60,243 nt of DNA, filler included, from Sluysia triapertura (GCA_046118255.1; 5 parts of 5 records of this genome joined end to end with filler, not necessarily neighbours in it); one strand, 5' to 3'; shown: positions 12,559 to 25,517, counted from the first letter of the whole stretch. The notes: a model not told the origin generated them from the sequence alone. Program-made: numbers and translations.

Positions 12559-13118
12559 CGCTCGAGAAACAAAAGAAAAAATTTTTATATAAATTTTATT
12601 CGTGTTATAAATTAATATTTAACAATCAATTTAAAGTTGTTTATTAAAGAAATTTGTTTATTTTTATTTATTAATTCAATATCGCGTAAAGTTTTAATAA
12701 TATCTAATAACAAAATTTTAATACAGAATAAACTTTTTAAAAATATAAACCCACTGTTTCAGAAATATTATAATGAATGATGTGTTATAAGCCCTTTTGA
12801 GTAGATATTAATTCAATATAAATTAATGTATTCTATTATTATTATTATTAAAATATTATAATTAATTTTTTATAAACATTTTGTTTAAATTAATAAATAA
12901 AAACATTTATCTTAGTTTATATTTTTTTGAATTGAATTTTATCTAATGATATTAAACAGTATGATTAAATATTTTTGTATTGCTCAGTAGTTTCAATTTC
13001 ATTATCTGATATATTTTTTATAGATAAAGCGTTTTTATCAATAATAATGTGTTGTAATGATTTTTTTGCACTATTTCTTTAATTAGATAATGTTTTTTTA
13101 TTGACTGAATAAAATAAT

Positions 13119-16100
13119 ATGAGCAAAGTGATTGAGTATGTAATTTTAAATTTTATCATCATTTGACAGTTCTGTAAAATGTAGAATATGTTTGGAATCT
13201 TGCGACAACACTGGTGACATTATTCAACCTTGTTTGTGCAAAGGTTAGTTTTGAATTTGTGTAACTACTGAGTATGAACACGTCATTGTTAGGTACCATG
13301 GCCAATGTGCATCGTCAGTGCTTACAAAACTGGTTATCCACAAATCGTCGTATACATTGTGAAATTTGTCTTCAAAAAATGACTTTCAATGAAACTCGTT
13401 TTTATGCTCGTAAATGTTGCAGTCGTTGCATGTTTAGCGATCTGTCTTGTGTGATAGTTTTAATCGTTCTATTTGGATTGTGTCTTTGGTTTACAAGTCA
13501 TTCAGTAAATTTAACACGGCGAAATTTTGTTTCAGTTGATAATACGAATAATGATTTAAATACTACGAGTTATTTGACAAACATGACCGATTTTCCGATT
13601 ATCAATATTGAAGCTTTAAGTTTAACAATTCTTTTTGTAGTTTTGATTTTGATATGTGCTTTTTGGTTAATCGTTAGTCTCAATTTTAAATTTATTCTAT
13701 TTTTCATTTAAATGATTGTCCCAAAAGTAACCGAACCGCAAACTTAAATGTTCACATCTTGAACTTCAATACAAGCACGACATCTTTTGGCAACACTGCG
13801 ACACACTTTCTGGCAAGTTTCCTCTGAAGTCTGGAATACCTAGTGATTATTCACAAAATTGTACAAAATTCTCATCGTTGATCCGAGTCATCCTCATTTA
13901 GGGCATGAAGAAGATGAGGTCTGTATGGTTTTAGACCAATGTCACGCAAGGTACGGCGGAGTGAGGTTCGAGAAATGTTTAACTCTGGGAGAATGAACGA
14001 ATGTAGCTGCAACTATATCAAGGTGAACGAACTGTTTTCGGACGACCTTATTTAGGAGCATTTGACACATTTCCAGTTACTTCAAATTTAGGTACAAGAT
14101 TGAACATTGTCGACTTACTCGGTACAGGTGTTCTGAAGTTTGCTTCCCATCTTTCTTCAACTTGCTTCTAGAGAGTCCTTGCATATTAATTCTTAATGGC
14201 GAGAATATGTTCGTTTAAATCTAAAATCGATCCAGAAGTGCAGGCTGAAGAAAAATCAATAAGATCATGCAACAAAAGTCATCTCAAAGAAATGAATGGT
14301 AGCGACGATAACATAAAATAACAAAAGAAGAAATTATGTTTAAGTTTGCGGTTTGGTTACTTTTGGGACACCCTGTATGGAAATTACTAAAACTACAAAA
14401 AAGAAAAATTAACTAAATTTGAATAAAGTTTTTAATTGTACCTCTTTTCTGCATAGAAAGTGAAACTATAACAAAAAGTAAAAGAAAATAATCTCCCGAA
14501 CAATTAAAAACAAAACATAAATAATTCATGAAAATAGATACAACTGAAAAAACTTTCGAAGAACAGTTTTTGCAAAAGTAATCTACGAAAATATTGTTAA
14601 AATTCCTCTTCAACTCAAACTTGAAGTATAATCAGTCACAGTATCACGAAATATCGCGACAAAATGTTCCTCAAGGTGAGGTATGACTGGATTAATGCTT
14701 TAACACGTTAATGTTCATCTGGGTCACGCTAATTTTATCACATAATTTAGATATCGCATTTCGAAAAAAGTTAACTTTGTACTGTAAAAATGTTCTTTTT
14801 TCATTGTTATATTTGTCTATGTTCCAAGTGAAAATTTTGTAATTGATGAATCACTTGTTCCTTTGAGAAGTAGGCTTATTTTCTGCCAATAATAAAGTGT
14901 ACTTCGTAAGGATGCACGTGGGTTAGCAAAATTTATTAGGCAAATCTGATATTTTTGATAGAAATTACGAATTAGTCGCAAAAATGAAGGTACAGCGTTA
15001 TATATGGACAACTTCTATACCAGCTATCCGCTAGCATTGGCATTTCTTCGATAAAAGACGCATGTTGTAGGCACCGTAAGAGCAAATAAATGTTTATGCC
15101 AAATGAAGTTATGTACACTAAATTAAAAAAAATGAGAAATAGTAGTGAAACTCGAAATACCCCAGAAATAGTGGATTTATATACAACTTCTGCCAGCACA
15201 GTAGGCAAAGAAATAATAAACAAAACCCACTTTCAATTTGTGCTTAAAATAAAGGTAAAGCAGAGATAGCTATTTCAGATCAAATAGGATCCTGTGAAAA
15301 GACTCTTAAGGAAGAATAAAATGGTACCTCAAGTTAGCAATGGACTATTTTCTTGGAATATCAGTCGTGAATACTTATATAATGTACAAATTTTCCACGA
15401 AAAGCAATGTAGGAATTAGACAATTTAGTGAAAATTTGGTTACTGATATGCTTAACTTAGGTTCGAACATAACTGAAAAACGAAAAACGATTTTTTAGTT
15501 TTGAAAAGAAGAATGTGCATTTGATGTTATGCCCAAATAAAAGAGGCAGAAGGTCGAGAAGTATCAAGAAAAAACAATATTGCTCAGTCTGCAAACAGCA
15601 TTGGGCAATATTATAAGTCAATGTAATTTTTTTAATGTAGTTTTTCAAGTGTAAAATATAGCATTATATAACTAAGACTGTTTTATTTGTATTTTCATAG
15701 TAATCCAAGTAATTTTCACATTTTTTTTCTGGGAGGCTTAGGTTTTGAAAGATATAGCAAATTTATCGTATATCGAATGTCAGTGACTGATGTGACCTTC
15801 CTCTTAATCCAGAATGTCGGACACATATGACTGATATGGCAATTAACGTGTATGAGAGCACTGTCAAATTCGACAATCATTGATTAGTTGAAATGTGATT
15901 GGTGCTTTTATTGTTTCATGACACATACGATCATATACTTCAAAATATAATTATGAAATTCTGCGCATCCAAGTTGTAGTTCAAGTATTGCTCTATATTA
16001 TTACCAGTTATTTCGCTCGGTGAAATATTCTAAGAGGATTGACAATTGGAAATAATGGTGACGACAGAATATTTTTATAAAAATTATCGAGATTGGAGAA

Positions 16101-16864
16101 TGTCATCGAAATGGAAGGTGATTATTTTATTGACTAAATATATTTGGAATTTATAAATGTATGTGTGTTTACTTTTCTAATTTTTATGTAAATATTTTCA
16201 TTGAAATCGAATAATTTTATTTCGATAAAGTTTAATAATAGTGCATATTTTGAAAAACTTGATATCCGAAGAATGATAGTGCGCAATAAAATTTAGATTT
16301 AATGAATTTAATTAAACATTACATTTTAATTTTTAATATAAAAATGAAGTAGTAGAAGCCACGAACACATCACTTTTAAATAGATCAATGTTAACTTTAT
16401 TAAATGGCAATTTTTTATATTAAATGTAAAATTTTTTTGCGAATCAAATTATATATTCAAAGTGAAACTTTATCAGTAAATAGAGTTAGATTTGATTTAC
16501 TGAATAAAGATGTTTTCGCTTAATAGACCCATCAACCAAAGTTTTTTAAAGTAATAATGGACAGAATAAATTTTTTAAATAAAACTTCAAATAATTTTCT
16601 TTGACATTAAGAGTACCTACATCAACTTTATTTCTGTGCATACATCTTTATCAAAAACGATTTATTATTTTGATATTTTGAAAAGTATTCGCAAATTAAA
16701 ATTATTTAAATTTATTATTAAAATTAAAATAATATTATTTTCTATAGATTATGTGTTATGAAAAAATTCGATTGTGGAGTCAAAGTTTAAGATCTGAAGA
16801 AAATGCAAATATAATGTTACCAGCATCAGCGGAATCATCTATCAGAAGTTATAGTACTATATGA
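13119..16864 (+). CDS. MARCH-family membrane RING-CH (RINGv) E3 ubiquitin ligase, MARCHF2/3-like; exons 13119-13135 (tentative), 13170-13243, 13293-13672, 16748-16864
   Basis: C4HC3 RINGv: CRIC..SCDNTGDIIQPCLCKG|TMANVHRQCLQNWLSTNRRIHCEIC, then two hydrophobic TM segments. A phase-0 last exon ends ...SSIRSYSTI*, with AATAAA ~30 nt downstream. Confidence 0.85.
13717..14375 (-). mobile_element. Internally deleted Tc1/mariner element (DD37D/maT-like) in the MARCH intron
   Basis: ~32-bp TIRs (tgtcccaaaagtaaccgaaccgcaaacttaaa / tttaagtttgcggtttggttacttttgggacaccctg|ta). Minus-strand remnants: PSKSTMFNLVPKFEVTGNV..GRPKT, RRTLRDIGLKPYRPHLLHALNEDD, CRSVAKRCRACIE. Confidence 0.88.
14704..15850 (+). 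mobile_element. Decayed, internally deleted piggyBac transposon in the MARCH intron
   Basis: TTAA|CACGTTAAT...ATTAACGTG termini. Transposase motifs YVPSENFVIDESLVPLRSRL, LYMDNFYTSYPLA, THVVGTVRANK, KWYLKLA...ISVVNTYIMY. Confidence 0.88.
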
Positions 16865-17201
16865 GGATTAAACGAAATTACGTTTCTGTTATTTAATAAA
16901 TTTGAGCATTTATGCACAGATTTTATTTTTAATTTGGAAATAATAATAAGTAATTATAAATAGTTTTAACTCGTTTAAATAAACGATATTACTATATTCG
17001 TGACAACATTTATAAATTTAATTAATATTTTTGTCTTGTAATTATAAATATATAATTATATGTATGCTATATCAAAATATTTATTTATACTTATGTAAAA
17101 TGGTCAAAGGTATGAAGTTTGTCATTGGTTTTGTGTTTTATTTTTGGTTTTGTCATGTGATCGAAATTTTTTTGTAACGAATTATTAATTAAAAAAATCG
17201 A

Positions 17202-17546
17202 ATGAGATTCATTTTGAATTTTTTTAAAGTAATTTATTTAATTTACCTCAAATTCCATTTTAGACTGTTTTTACTTTATTTAATTTTGCAAAATTGGTTA
17301 TTTTTGTTCTAACATTTCTATCTTACGCATTTTTGCATGCAAATCGTAAATCATTTTCAAATGTTAAACCAACTCTAAGTGAAATTTGGACAGTGGAAAA
17401 TTTTAATGAAAGTCAATTAAAACTGTATCCAAAAGATTTATGGCGATCTCACGATTTATTCGACAGTGAAGATAAAGTTGATTATTATTTGGGAATTTTA
17501 GATTCTGTTTTTATGGCGGCTTATGCAGTCGGTTTGTACATGTCAG
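17202..17546 (+). CDS. SLC37A3: SLC37A3-like sugar-phosphate exchanger (MFS), 5' exons only: 17202-17228 (tentative) and 17264-17546; downstream exons not found in this contig
   Basis: VIFVLTFLSYAFLHANRKSFSNVK...LW..HDLF..EDK...LGILDSVFMAAYAVGLYMSG matches the SLC37A3 N-terminus as I recall it; donor G|gtgagt at 17547. Confidence 0.85.
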
Positions 17547-17957
17547 GTGAGTTTTTTTAAATTAATTATGCATTATTAAAGAGGTGTAACTAAAGTGGCG
17601 CGTAAAGCAGGGATTACCAAAAGTAGTAAGTTTTATCTGCTGCTAATTATTTTCTGTTGATTTTGTAACAAGATTTCTACACATTAATTTATGGCAGTTT
17701 ATATACATTATTTAATTTTGTGCAATTATGCAGTCACAAAGAATTAAGTAACATTAATTTAAAACTTACACGATGGCGTAGTGGAAAGTGCACAGAAATT
17801 AATTTACCTCTAATGAAAGTTATTAGGATAATATCACTTATTGGACAGAACTTATGTTTTTCTATGTAAGTATAGTACGATGGATTTAGTTTTTTGCACT
17901 AAATTATTTAAATACAAAGTTTCCAAAATGCGACTTAGTTTGTTTTTTAACTTACAC

Positions 17958-18685
17958 AAGTGGCGAGAATCATTATTTATGAGGATATGAATAACAGTTT
18001 CCCGAAAGTTGATCGCTCTCGAGAATCGTATGAACTAGTACTATAGCAATGGTTTTATTTTATACATTTTATTTTATTTTACACAAAAAAACAATAATAT
18101 TTTATTAATAAGGAATAGAACAAACAATACAATAAAATAAAATAAAGAAAAAATATGCCATTTGTAAAAAATAACTAAAAGTACTACTACTAGAAAATAT
18201 TTACAACATGCCGTAAGCTGCCATACTGTATTTTCTTCCTGCTTCACGTCTTGTGGCCTTTTAGATTTATCCAGAGCCGAGCGATGATTTTTCAAACAAG
18301 ATTTAACGTACGCGTTAGCGTTAAATTCTTCCAAAGATTTCCCATTTAAGCAGACCGTCATAAAATCCGAAATGTGTTTAAAAGTGATAGAAGATCTTTT
18401 CATTTTAAAGATATTATTCATTGAACTAAAAGCTCGTTCAGCTTCAGCGCTGCAAACTGCAATTGTTTCCATAATGACCGTGTTAATTTCGATTTGGAAT
18501 TTTCCAGTCAGTGCGTTTTCTACTAAATCTCTAAAATCATTTATCATTAATTTCATTTTTTAAAATAAAATTCCAAGTTCATATTCTCTTTTCTTCTGGC
18601 CATATTCCACGTTTCAGGATAACATACATTGAATATGTTTTTGAAGAATAAGGGGCTCGCGCGAGCCCCATATAGCTCACCACTG
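17958..18685 (-). mobile_element. Internally deleted hAT transposon retaining the C-terminal dimerisation domain (ORF 18074-18556)
   Basis: TIAVCSAEAERAFSSMNNI...RSS....ISDFMTVCLNG is the hAT dimerisation motif. The 5' end CAGTGGTGAGC lies at 18685 with a subterminal GGGGCTCGCGCGAGCCCC palindrome; the left end (aagtggcgag, ~17958) is tentative. Confidence 0.8.
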
Positions 18686-18843
18686 GTTATATTTGTGATA
18701 ACGATGTCATACGATATTCAACTAATATTACCGAAGTTCATAATAGTCACAAACTTCTGTTATGGTAACGGTCGCTTTTATTTCATTCGTTTCAAGAATT
18801 CAACGACTTTAAAATATATTCAATATTTAAACCAAAGGAATCA

Positions 18844-18992
18844 TCGTATTTTCAGAACTATACGGCACACCGGGCTGTAAGGCACATCCTTAAAAAATGG
18901 TTAAACCATCTATTTAGCCGAATTATAAGGCGTACCTCCTGAAATTTAACTAAAAATTTTTTAAGGTGTGTCTTACAATCCCGAAAATATGG
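18844..18992. mobile_element. pogo/Tc2-type MITE; a related right end lies at ~51517-51543
   Basis: Imperfect TIRs cgtattttcagaactatacggcacacc / ggtgtgtcttacaatcccgaaaatatgg; second end ggtgcctctataatccggaaaatacgg|ta. Confidence 0.7.
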
Positions 18993-20092
18993 TGTATATA
19001 TTTCCCCCATAACTTTCATTTTCAGAACTGTTGTATCTTAAGTAATTCAATTCTTCTAGATTTCACGCCATTCGGATATTAACTCTATCTGCTAATTTTA
19101 TTTAAACCGAAAAATTTCAAATGGATTTTCGAACAATGAAGAGGGTTCATTTTTTGAATATTAAATTTATTGGTATTTCTTTATTTTTCTTGTGCGCAGC
19201 AATTATGATCAATGTCTTTTGTGGGTTCACCTGTAATCCTGTGATTAATATCCTTATGGAAGGCACGGTTACAGGTTTGAGTCAATTAATTACGAAAGAG
19301 GGTCCTTAATCGATAAGCAGAAACAATCTTTTTACCGAAATGTTTTTTATTTCTGAAATGCTTTATTTAACGGTAATTATTCGTAACTTTAAACAATTTC
19401 AGAACTAAATAGTCAATATAACGTTACATATATTTATTACGGTTATGATAATCTTCGTATTGGGATTAATTGAAATTAACCGATAAATGGATTTCATAAA
19501 ATTTCGAATTAACTATGTTATAGGCTGACAAATGTTCTAATTTTCAAATAATCACTTAATTAAATGTTTTCTTCTAACTAAAAATTTAATTTATTATTTT
19601 AGCTATTTGCGGTTAACAAACATTTTATAAAGTTTTTGTAACAAAAACAACTAAAAGTATTTGTCAATCGTTTTATTAATCAAAAAATATATAAAAACTA
19701 AGTTAATACGAAAATGACAAATAATAATAAAAATATAAACAAATGAAACTAAAGATTCCCTTAGTTTTAATCTTTACGAAATTTAAGAAATTAATATTGA
19801 GTGAAAAGTGAAAAAAAGTCAAAGATTGAGACTAAATTATTATAGTCAAACTTACGATTTCATGGATTGAAAGAACGGAAAAATCCAAACAGCAATTTTC
19901 TTTGATGAGTTTTTTGGTCAACGCAAACCAATTGATAAATAAAATTGAATGTGTCTCAAAGAGTTAATTCAGATGAAGAGAAATAGTTTCCAAGTTTTAT
20001 TGTTGTTAATTCCTTCTCAGCAGAGATTAAAATGTCTACAAATTTTTTATTGTGAGAATTTATGTTTCCATTTATTAAATTATTTACCATAA

Positions 20093-21045
20093 AAAATACT
20101 TCACGTTATTATTGAATTGAGTTATAAAAATATAAATAAAAGATAAAATATTTGTACTCATAACTTTAAAATTTTGAATTTAGTTTTTCATGTAAATATT
20201 TAAGATTAAAATTTAAGATTAAAAGTTATTCTTACAACGACTAAAGTTTAAAAATTAAAATAATTTACAAAAATATTTACAGAAATTCATTATATCAAAG
20301 TATAAATTACATTTTACAAATTCAGAGTATCATTACATACATATTTTACAAAGAAACTTTACACTCAAACACATGTTAAAAAGCAATGTGAATAGAAAAA
20401 AAAGGTAAAGATTTTATTTTATTCTTAACTGTGAGTTACCTACAATCTTAGACTTACACACTTAAGGGCTAAGTTGCAGGCGGTATCTTAGAAGAAATTA
20501 TGGAGGTACTCAATCAGATTCTTAGTAGAACTTGACAATCTTAGTGATAAGATAATGTGAAAAAATTTAACAATTGAGTTTTAAACGAGATTACTTATGT
20601 AGAAAATAATTACACTTTTGTTAATTCCTTAAAAATTTCATAAATCTTTATTGTCGGTTATCAAAAATTATCAAAAACTTCAAAAATATTTTGTCTGTAT
20701 TTCTCGACCGTGTAAAAACGGCGTACCTTAATTTTCTTTTATCCAACAGTTTCAATATTTTAACGTGAAAATTACTTCGGGAAAATTAAAATCGGGAACC
20801 TTAAGATTATTGACTAAAATTAAAATCAAGATGAAGATGTTTTTTAACAAAATATATGAAGTTAGAATACAAAATATAACAAATATATATAATTATAAAA
20901 TTTTAATAGATTATAATATAATCGACATATTTTAGTTGTTACCACCTTCTTAAAAAAGGGGTTTTATAAAACAAAGATGTTAAAACAATTGATTTTACCA
21001 ACAATTAAAATAGTGTCAACTTATAGCAATAACTAACGGATTTAA
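20093..21045 (-). repeat. Diverged ~0.95-kb unit carrying the conserved hairpin motif (copy C, 20431-20480)
   Basis: Same layout as F/G: CA-rich left flank, motif, then a taactaacg end ~560 nt to the right; left end aaatacttcacgtta is tentative. Confidence 0.55.
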
Positions 21046-21327
21046 TATTTAACTGATATGTCTGTAGATAGGTTCCTCGGCAAAATCTCCGTATAATAAA
21101 ATTATCCGTAGTGATATTCTGAAGAATTTTGTTTTGTACTCTTTACACAAATGAAATTCCAACCAAAAAATAAGCTTTTTGCGAGATTTGTAAAATTATT
21201 TTAATCATGTTAATCGTGTGTCTTTGTTAAAAATTTGTGCAGTTTTTATACATAAAAAATGGTCACCTTGACTTACATTTTATTTGATTTAAATAAACGA
21301 TAATAATACCAGATATTTTAAATAATA

Positions 21328-21362
<35 letters not shown>

Positions 21363-21633
21363 CAAATTATTTTTTACAATTATTATTTTTTGAATTAAAA
21401 ATTATTTTTAAAACATTATTTTTAGAATTAAACTGTATTATTTACAATTTTTACTACACATTTAATCGATTTATTTTTTGAAACACTAACATATTTATCA
21501 TTATTTTTAGAACTGTTGAACATAATTAGATTGATTATTGACATAACTTTCCCATGCGGAAAAATTAGTCTCTAATTTTAAAATGGTATTATTATTAATA
21601 ATATATAAAACTAGTCAAATTTAAAATCACTAT

Positions 21634-23114
21634 CTAATAGTGTGATGACGGAGATATCGTCATCACACCAAAAAATTCGTTATCAGTTAAATTTCGTCCG
21701 ATAGGTCCATATTCGCTGTCATCTTTTTCTGCGTCACTGTCGTCGAGGTCTACGGGCGAGTCTAATTTTCTCCTCTTGACTTGAGGTTCTGATGGTTTTG
21801 TCTCTATTCTTACCGGCTGTCGTTCTCTTGTTAGTTTATTCCCGTTTCCTGTGGTTTTCTTTGACTGGTTTTTCTGATTATGTACATTTTTCGATATATT
21901 GCTTTAATGGCTTTTGCGAGGGGGTGTAAAAGGAATAGGCTTATCGAAGTGTGGAAGTGATGTGCAGTTTGTGTTTTTGTTACTAGAGGTAGAAGGAACA
22001 AGAGAAAGATGTGAAGAAGAAAAAGGTGAAGGGCAAAAAGAAAAAGGAGGAGGTAAAGGAGAAGTGATTTTTGAATCGTCGATTGGTGGCAAAAATGACT
22101 TATCTTTACTTTGTATTAGGTCGAATAGCGATATTAAATCTTTAGCGTGTTGTAGGCACGAAACACGCGGTGGGAAGAGATATAGGAACTTCAAGACCTT
22201 CCGCGCCCTTAAAATTGGATTGAATGATTCGTGCGATACTAAGTTTGTGCACGAAGATTGATAATTCCCCTTAGCCAGCCATATTGGATTTTAAACGTAT
22301 TGATAATTATATCGGGGAAAAATGCCACTAATATTTTGTCTTAATGATTGAAGCCAATATTGACGAATATCATCTATATATTTCGCGTTAATTAAATCAT
22401 CTTCCCTTAACCCATGCTCTGCCGCTAGAAAATTCCTAATCCTTACACACGGTTTTAGCAATTCGTCGGAATGAAAGAGTTTGTGATATGACATCAAACA
22501 AACTCTTATTGGTTGATAATTCTCCTTAAAATCTAAAGCGAGTTGTACGGCCACAAACATTAATTTATTTTTATCTAGCATTGATTTGTGTGGGGTATGG
22601 GTAAACGTAAGTCTTTCCTCCCACTTATAAAGATTGTCCTTATCTTCCGCGTATAATAAGGGGTGCTTAAATAATTCTAAAGGTTTATCGATGTTGAGAG
22701 AAGAACATCGAAGGTTGTGGGTAGTTCCTCTGCTTCAACATGCACTTCGCAACTTGGTGTCAGATCTTTTATTATTAACGACGAATAACCCTGTATTCGT
22801 GAATATAAAGGAACCTTATTTACAAATAGTGATACCTTAAGCGAACCCCCAGCTGCGGCGATAATCACTTGACTATTATCCTTGGGGTAGCCCTGCAAGG
22901 TATTTATAATCAGAGGGTGTTGAATTTGTTTAATGTAAAACAGGTGCGTGATAAAATTTTGATTTAACTCGTTTTTTAAGATATTAGGAGTTAGATTAGA
23001 TTTCAATAGTACGAAGGGGCTGTCATTTTTATCGCAAAAACGATCAATACCATTATAAAAAGAAGGGATATTATTTGTTATGTGTGCGTGTGGAAGTTTT
23101 GTTGTTGCAGACAT
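21634..23114 (-). pseudogene. Disrupted intronless ORF (~490 codons) of unknown family, with a Pro/Ser-rich and basic/acidic C-terminal tail
   Basis: ORFs 22677-23114, 22291-22581 and 21904-22194. The last two share a frame, which continues to 21634 through two TAA stops. GC is visibly higher than in the flanks; the tail contains PQVKRRKLDSPVDLDDSD. Confidence 0.6.
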
Positions 23115-24328
23115 CTAAACATGTTTGGTGAGGAAAAGCAAATACAAAATTAGATATATTAAATCGTTAGTTGATTTTTGTTTATTATATTACAATTATT
23201 AATTCACCTATAGATTTTAGGAAGCATAAAAAGAAAATATAAATGAAAATGGGATATTACGTACATTTCTTTTTGAGAAATGGATTATGTTTAAGTCTTA
23301 AATTGCTTTTATATGAACCTATTTTTATAGGTGCTAACTAATCCTAAACAAACTTGCAAATTTTGACGAATATTTGCTTGTAGCATTGCTTTAACGGATT
23401 CTAATGAATCATGTAACGAATAACGCCTAAAGTGAATTATTACCAATTCAAGATTAAGCAAAAGCATATGCATAACGACCACTTTGTATATCATGCGCAT
23501 CTCTATGAAGTTCCAGACATGCTGTAACGAACCATAATAAGTGTCGTATCATAATCAGTAAGGATTTTAATAACTGTTATAGTATCTGCAAAACATGGTA
23601 AAACTTTATTGGCTACACTTGCGCGTAGATACACTAAGAATGTTAAATTAGAGTCATTTCATTTTGATATGTCACTCAGTTCCTCTGAAAACTCTGATTT
23701 ATATTCCTTAAATAATTGTCTTTTATTTTGATGAAAAAAATATCAAACTTTGATTTGATTTGATTTTTATTAATTTGATCTCGATAAATTTAAATTTAAA
23801 TATGTTTAAAGCCCGCTTAAGGCCTGGCGAAATCATTAACTTTGTACTTAAATGATTAATCGATTCATAATTAAATAAAAAACAAAAACACAACGAATAT
23901 CAATTCCAAAACACAGAAAACGAAAACTTAACACAAATAATCAATTTTCATGAGGACTTAGAAAGTTTTTTCAGAATCACCTAAGCAGGCATTGTTGAGC
24001 GTCGCCATAAGTAGTCTCGTAGCATCTTGATAAGCACATTTTACATGAATTTCGCTAATTCCAAGACTTATTATCAATTCATCGTAAAATCTATAAATTA
24101 CCCACATAAGGTTTAGTGCTGTCTAGAAATGATTTAATTAAACGAAGTACATTTTTTAAATCAATTAAATCTTGTATGTCACGTTTAAACATTTCTAGTG
24201 ATATTACGACATAAAAACGAAAGGATATATCTAAAATTGACAATTTAACGCAATACTTCATTTTGCGTTCACCAAAAATTCGAAAATTCTTGTAATTTGT
24301 GATGCTTCATGGTTTTACTATAATAAAT

Positions 24329-24376
<48 letters not shown>

Positions 24377-25151
24377 GTANNNNNNNNNNNNNNNNNNNNN
24401 NNNNNNNNNNNNNNNNNNNNNNNTTAATTAATTAANNNNNNNNNNNNNNNNNNNNNNNNNNNNNNNNNNNNNNNNNNNNATAATAAAAAATTTGGAAACC
24501 AAGATGAATATTTCATTGAGACATAATAATAATCTATACAGAATCCACAGTGATAAGAAGCTAGATGATAGGTTGTATATCGTTTATGTTTCAAAAATAT
24601 ACAACCAGTACTATCACAGAATGTCAAATTATTGGAAGATTATGAAATATTTAAGAAAAATGCAAAGTTCTTTCTGTTAATTTAATTTAAATAAATTTAA
24701 TTTATTTTAAGCGCTTTTGAGTACTTACTTTGTAGTAGATATGATCACAACATAAATTAATATATTATGATTATTATATTCGAATTGTCCTAAAAGTTGT
24801 CATTTTTATAAGGTTCAATCTTTGTTGTACACGAATTTTTAATCAGTCCATATAATGTGAGGTTCACTCTTAACTCATTTCTCATTGGAGATAAGAAATT
24901 GAAAATTGTTATCCAAAAATAATTTAAATATTTTACTCTATTCATTGTACTTACTTATACATTTCATCTTAGTGTATAGCTCAGAAAATAATAATCGAAA
25001 TTAGAAAATAATAAGTATAAAATTTTGCAGATAGAATAAATTTTAAAAGATATTATTAATATTATGATACAATGTCGATTGTAAACAATAAATAGGATAT
25101 ATAATAAATAAACTCAATTTCTCATTTGCTGTTTCAGTTTGAGAAGTTCCC

Positions 25152-25331
25152 ATTTGATTTTGTCATTGTTTACTTCTTAAATTGTACACATTTCTGATAT
25201 TCTTATTCAATTTGATTTTGTCATTGTTTACTTCTTAAATTGTACACATTTCTGATATTCTTATTCAATTTGATTTTGTTATTGTTTACTTCTTAAATTG
25301 TACACATTTCTGATATTCTTATTCAATTTGA
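25152..25331. repeat. Tandem repeat, 3 x 58 bp
   Basis: atttgattttgtcattgtttacttcttaaattgtacacatttctgatattcttattca starting at 25152, 25210 and 25268. Confidence 0.95.
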
Positions 25332-25469
25332 AATATGAATATATAAAGCTACCTAAAATACTCAATGTTTAAATTATGTATTTTGCGACATCAATTTCTT
25401 ATATTATATTTCTTTATTATATTTCGGAAAACTGAAGTTTGAGTTTTAAATTGATTCCAGTTTAGAATA

Positions 25470-25517
25470 AGTCTGACCGAGAATCGAATCCGGGACCTCT
25501 CGCTGTGCAGTTCGATG
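25470..25517 (-). pseudogene. 3' half of the same tRNA-like sequence as 5696-5767
   Basis: Reverse complement CATCGAACTGCACAGCGAGAGGTCCCGGATTCGATTCTCGGTCAGACT; the 5' acceptor strand and D arm are absent. Confidence 0.75.

Noticed and set aside
18652-18686. GC palindrome followed by CTGG as a Helitron 3' end
   Set aside because: Better explained as the CAGTGG-type terminus of the adjacent hAT element whose ORF it precedes.
21914-22261. Plus-strand 115-aa ORF
   Set aside because: Antisense shadow of the minus-strand Pro/Ser-rich pseudogene frame.
25152-25331. 58-bp and 60-bp (49832-50031) repeats as CRISPR-like arrays
   Set aside because: The units are head-to-tail with no unique spacers, in a eukaryotic context with no cas genes.
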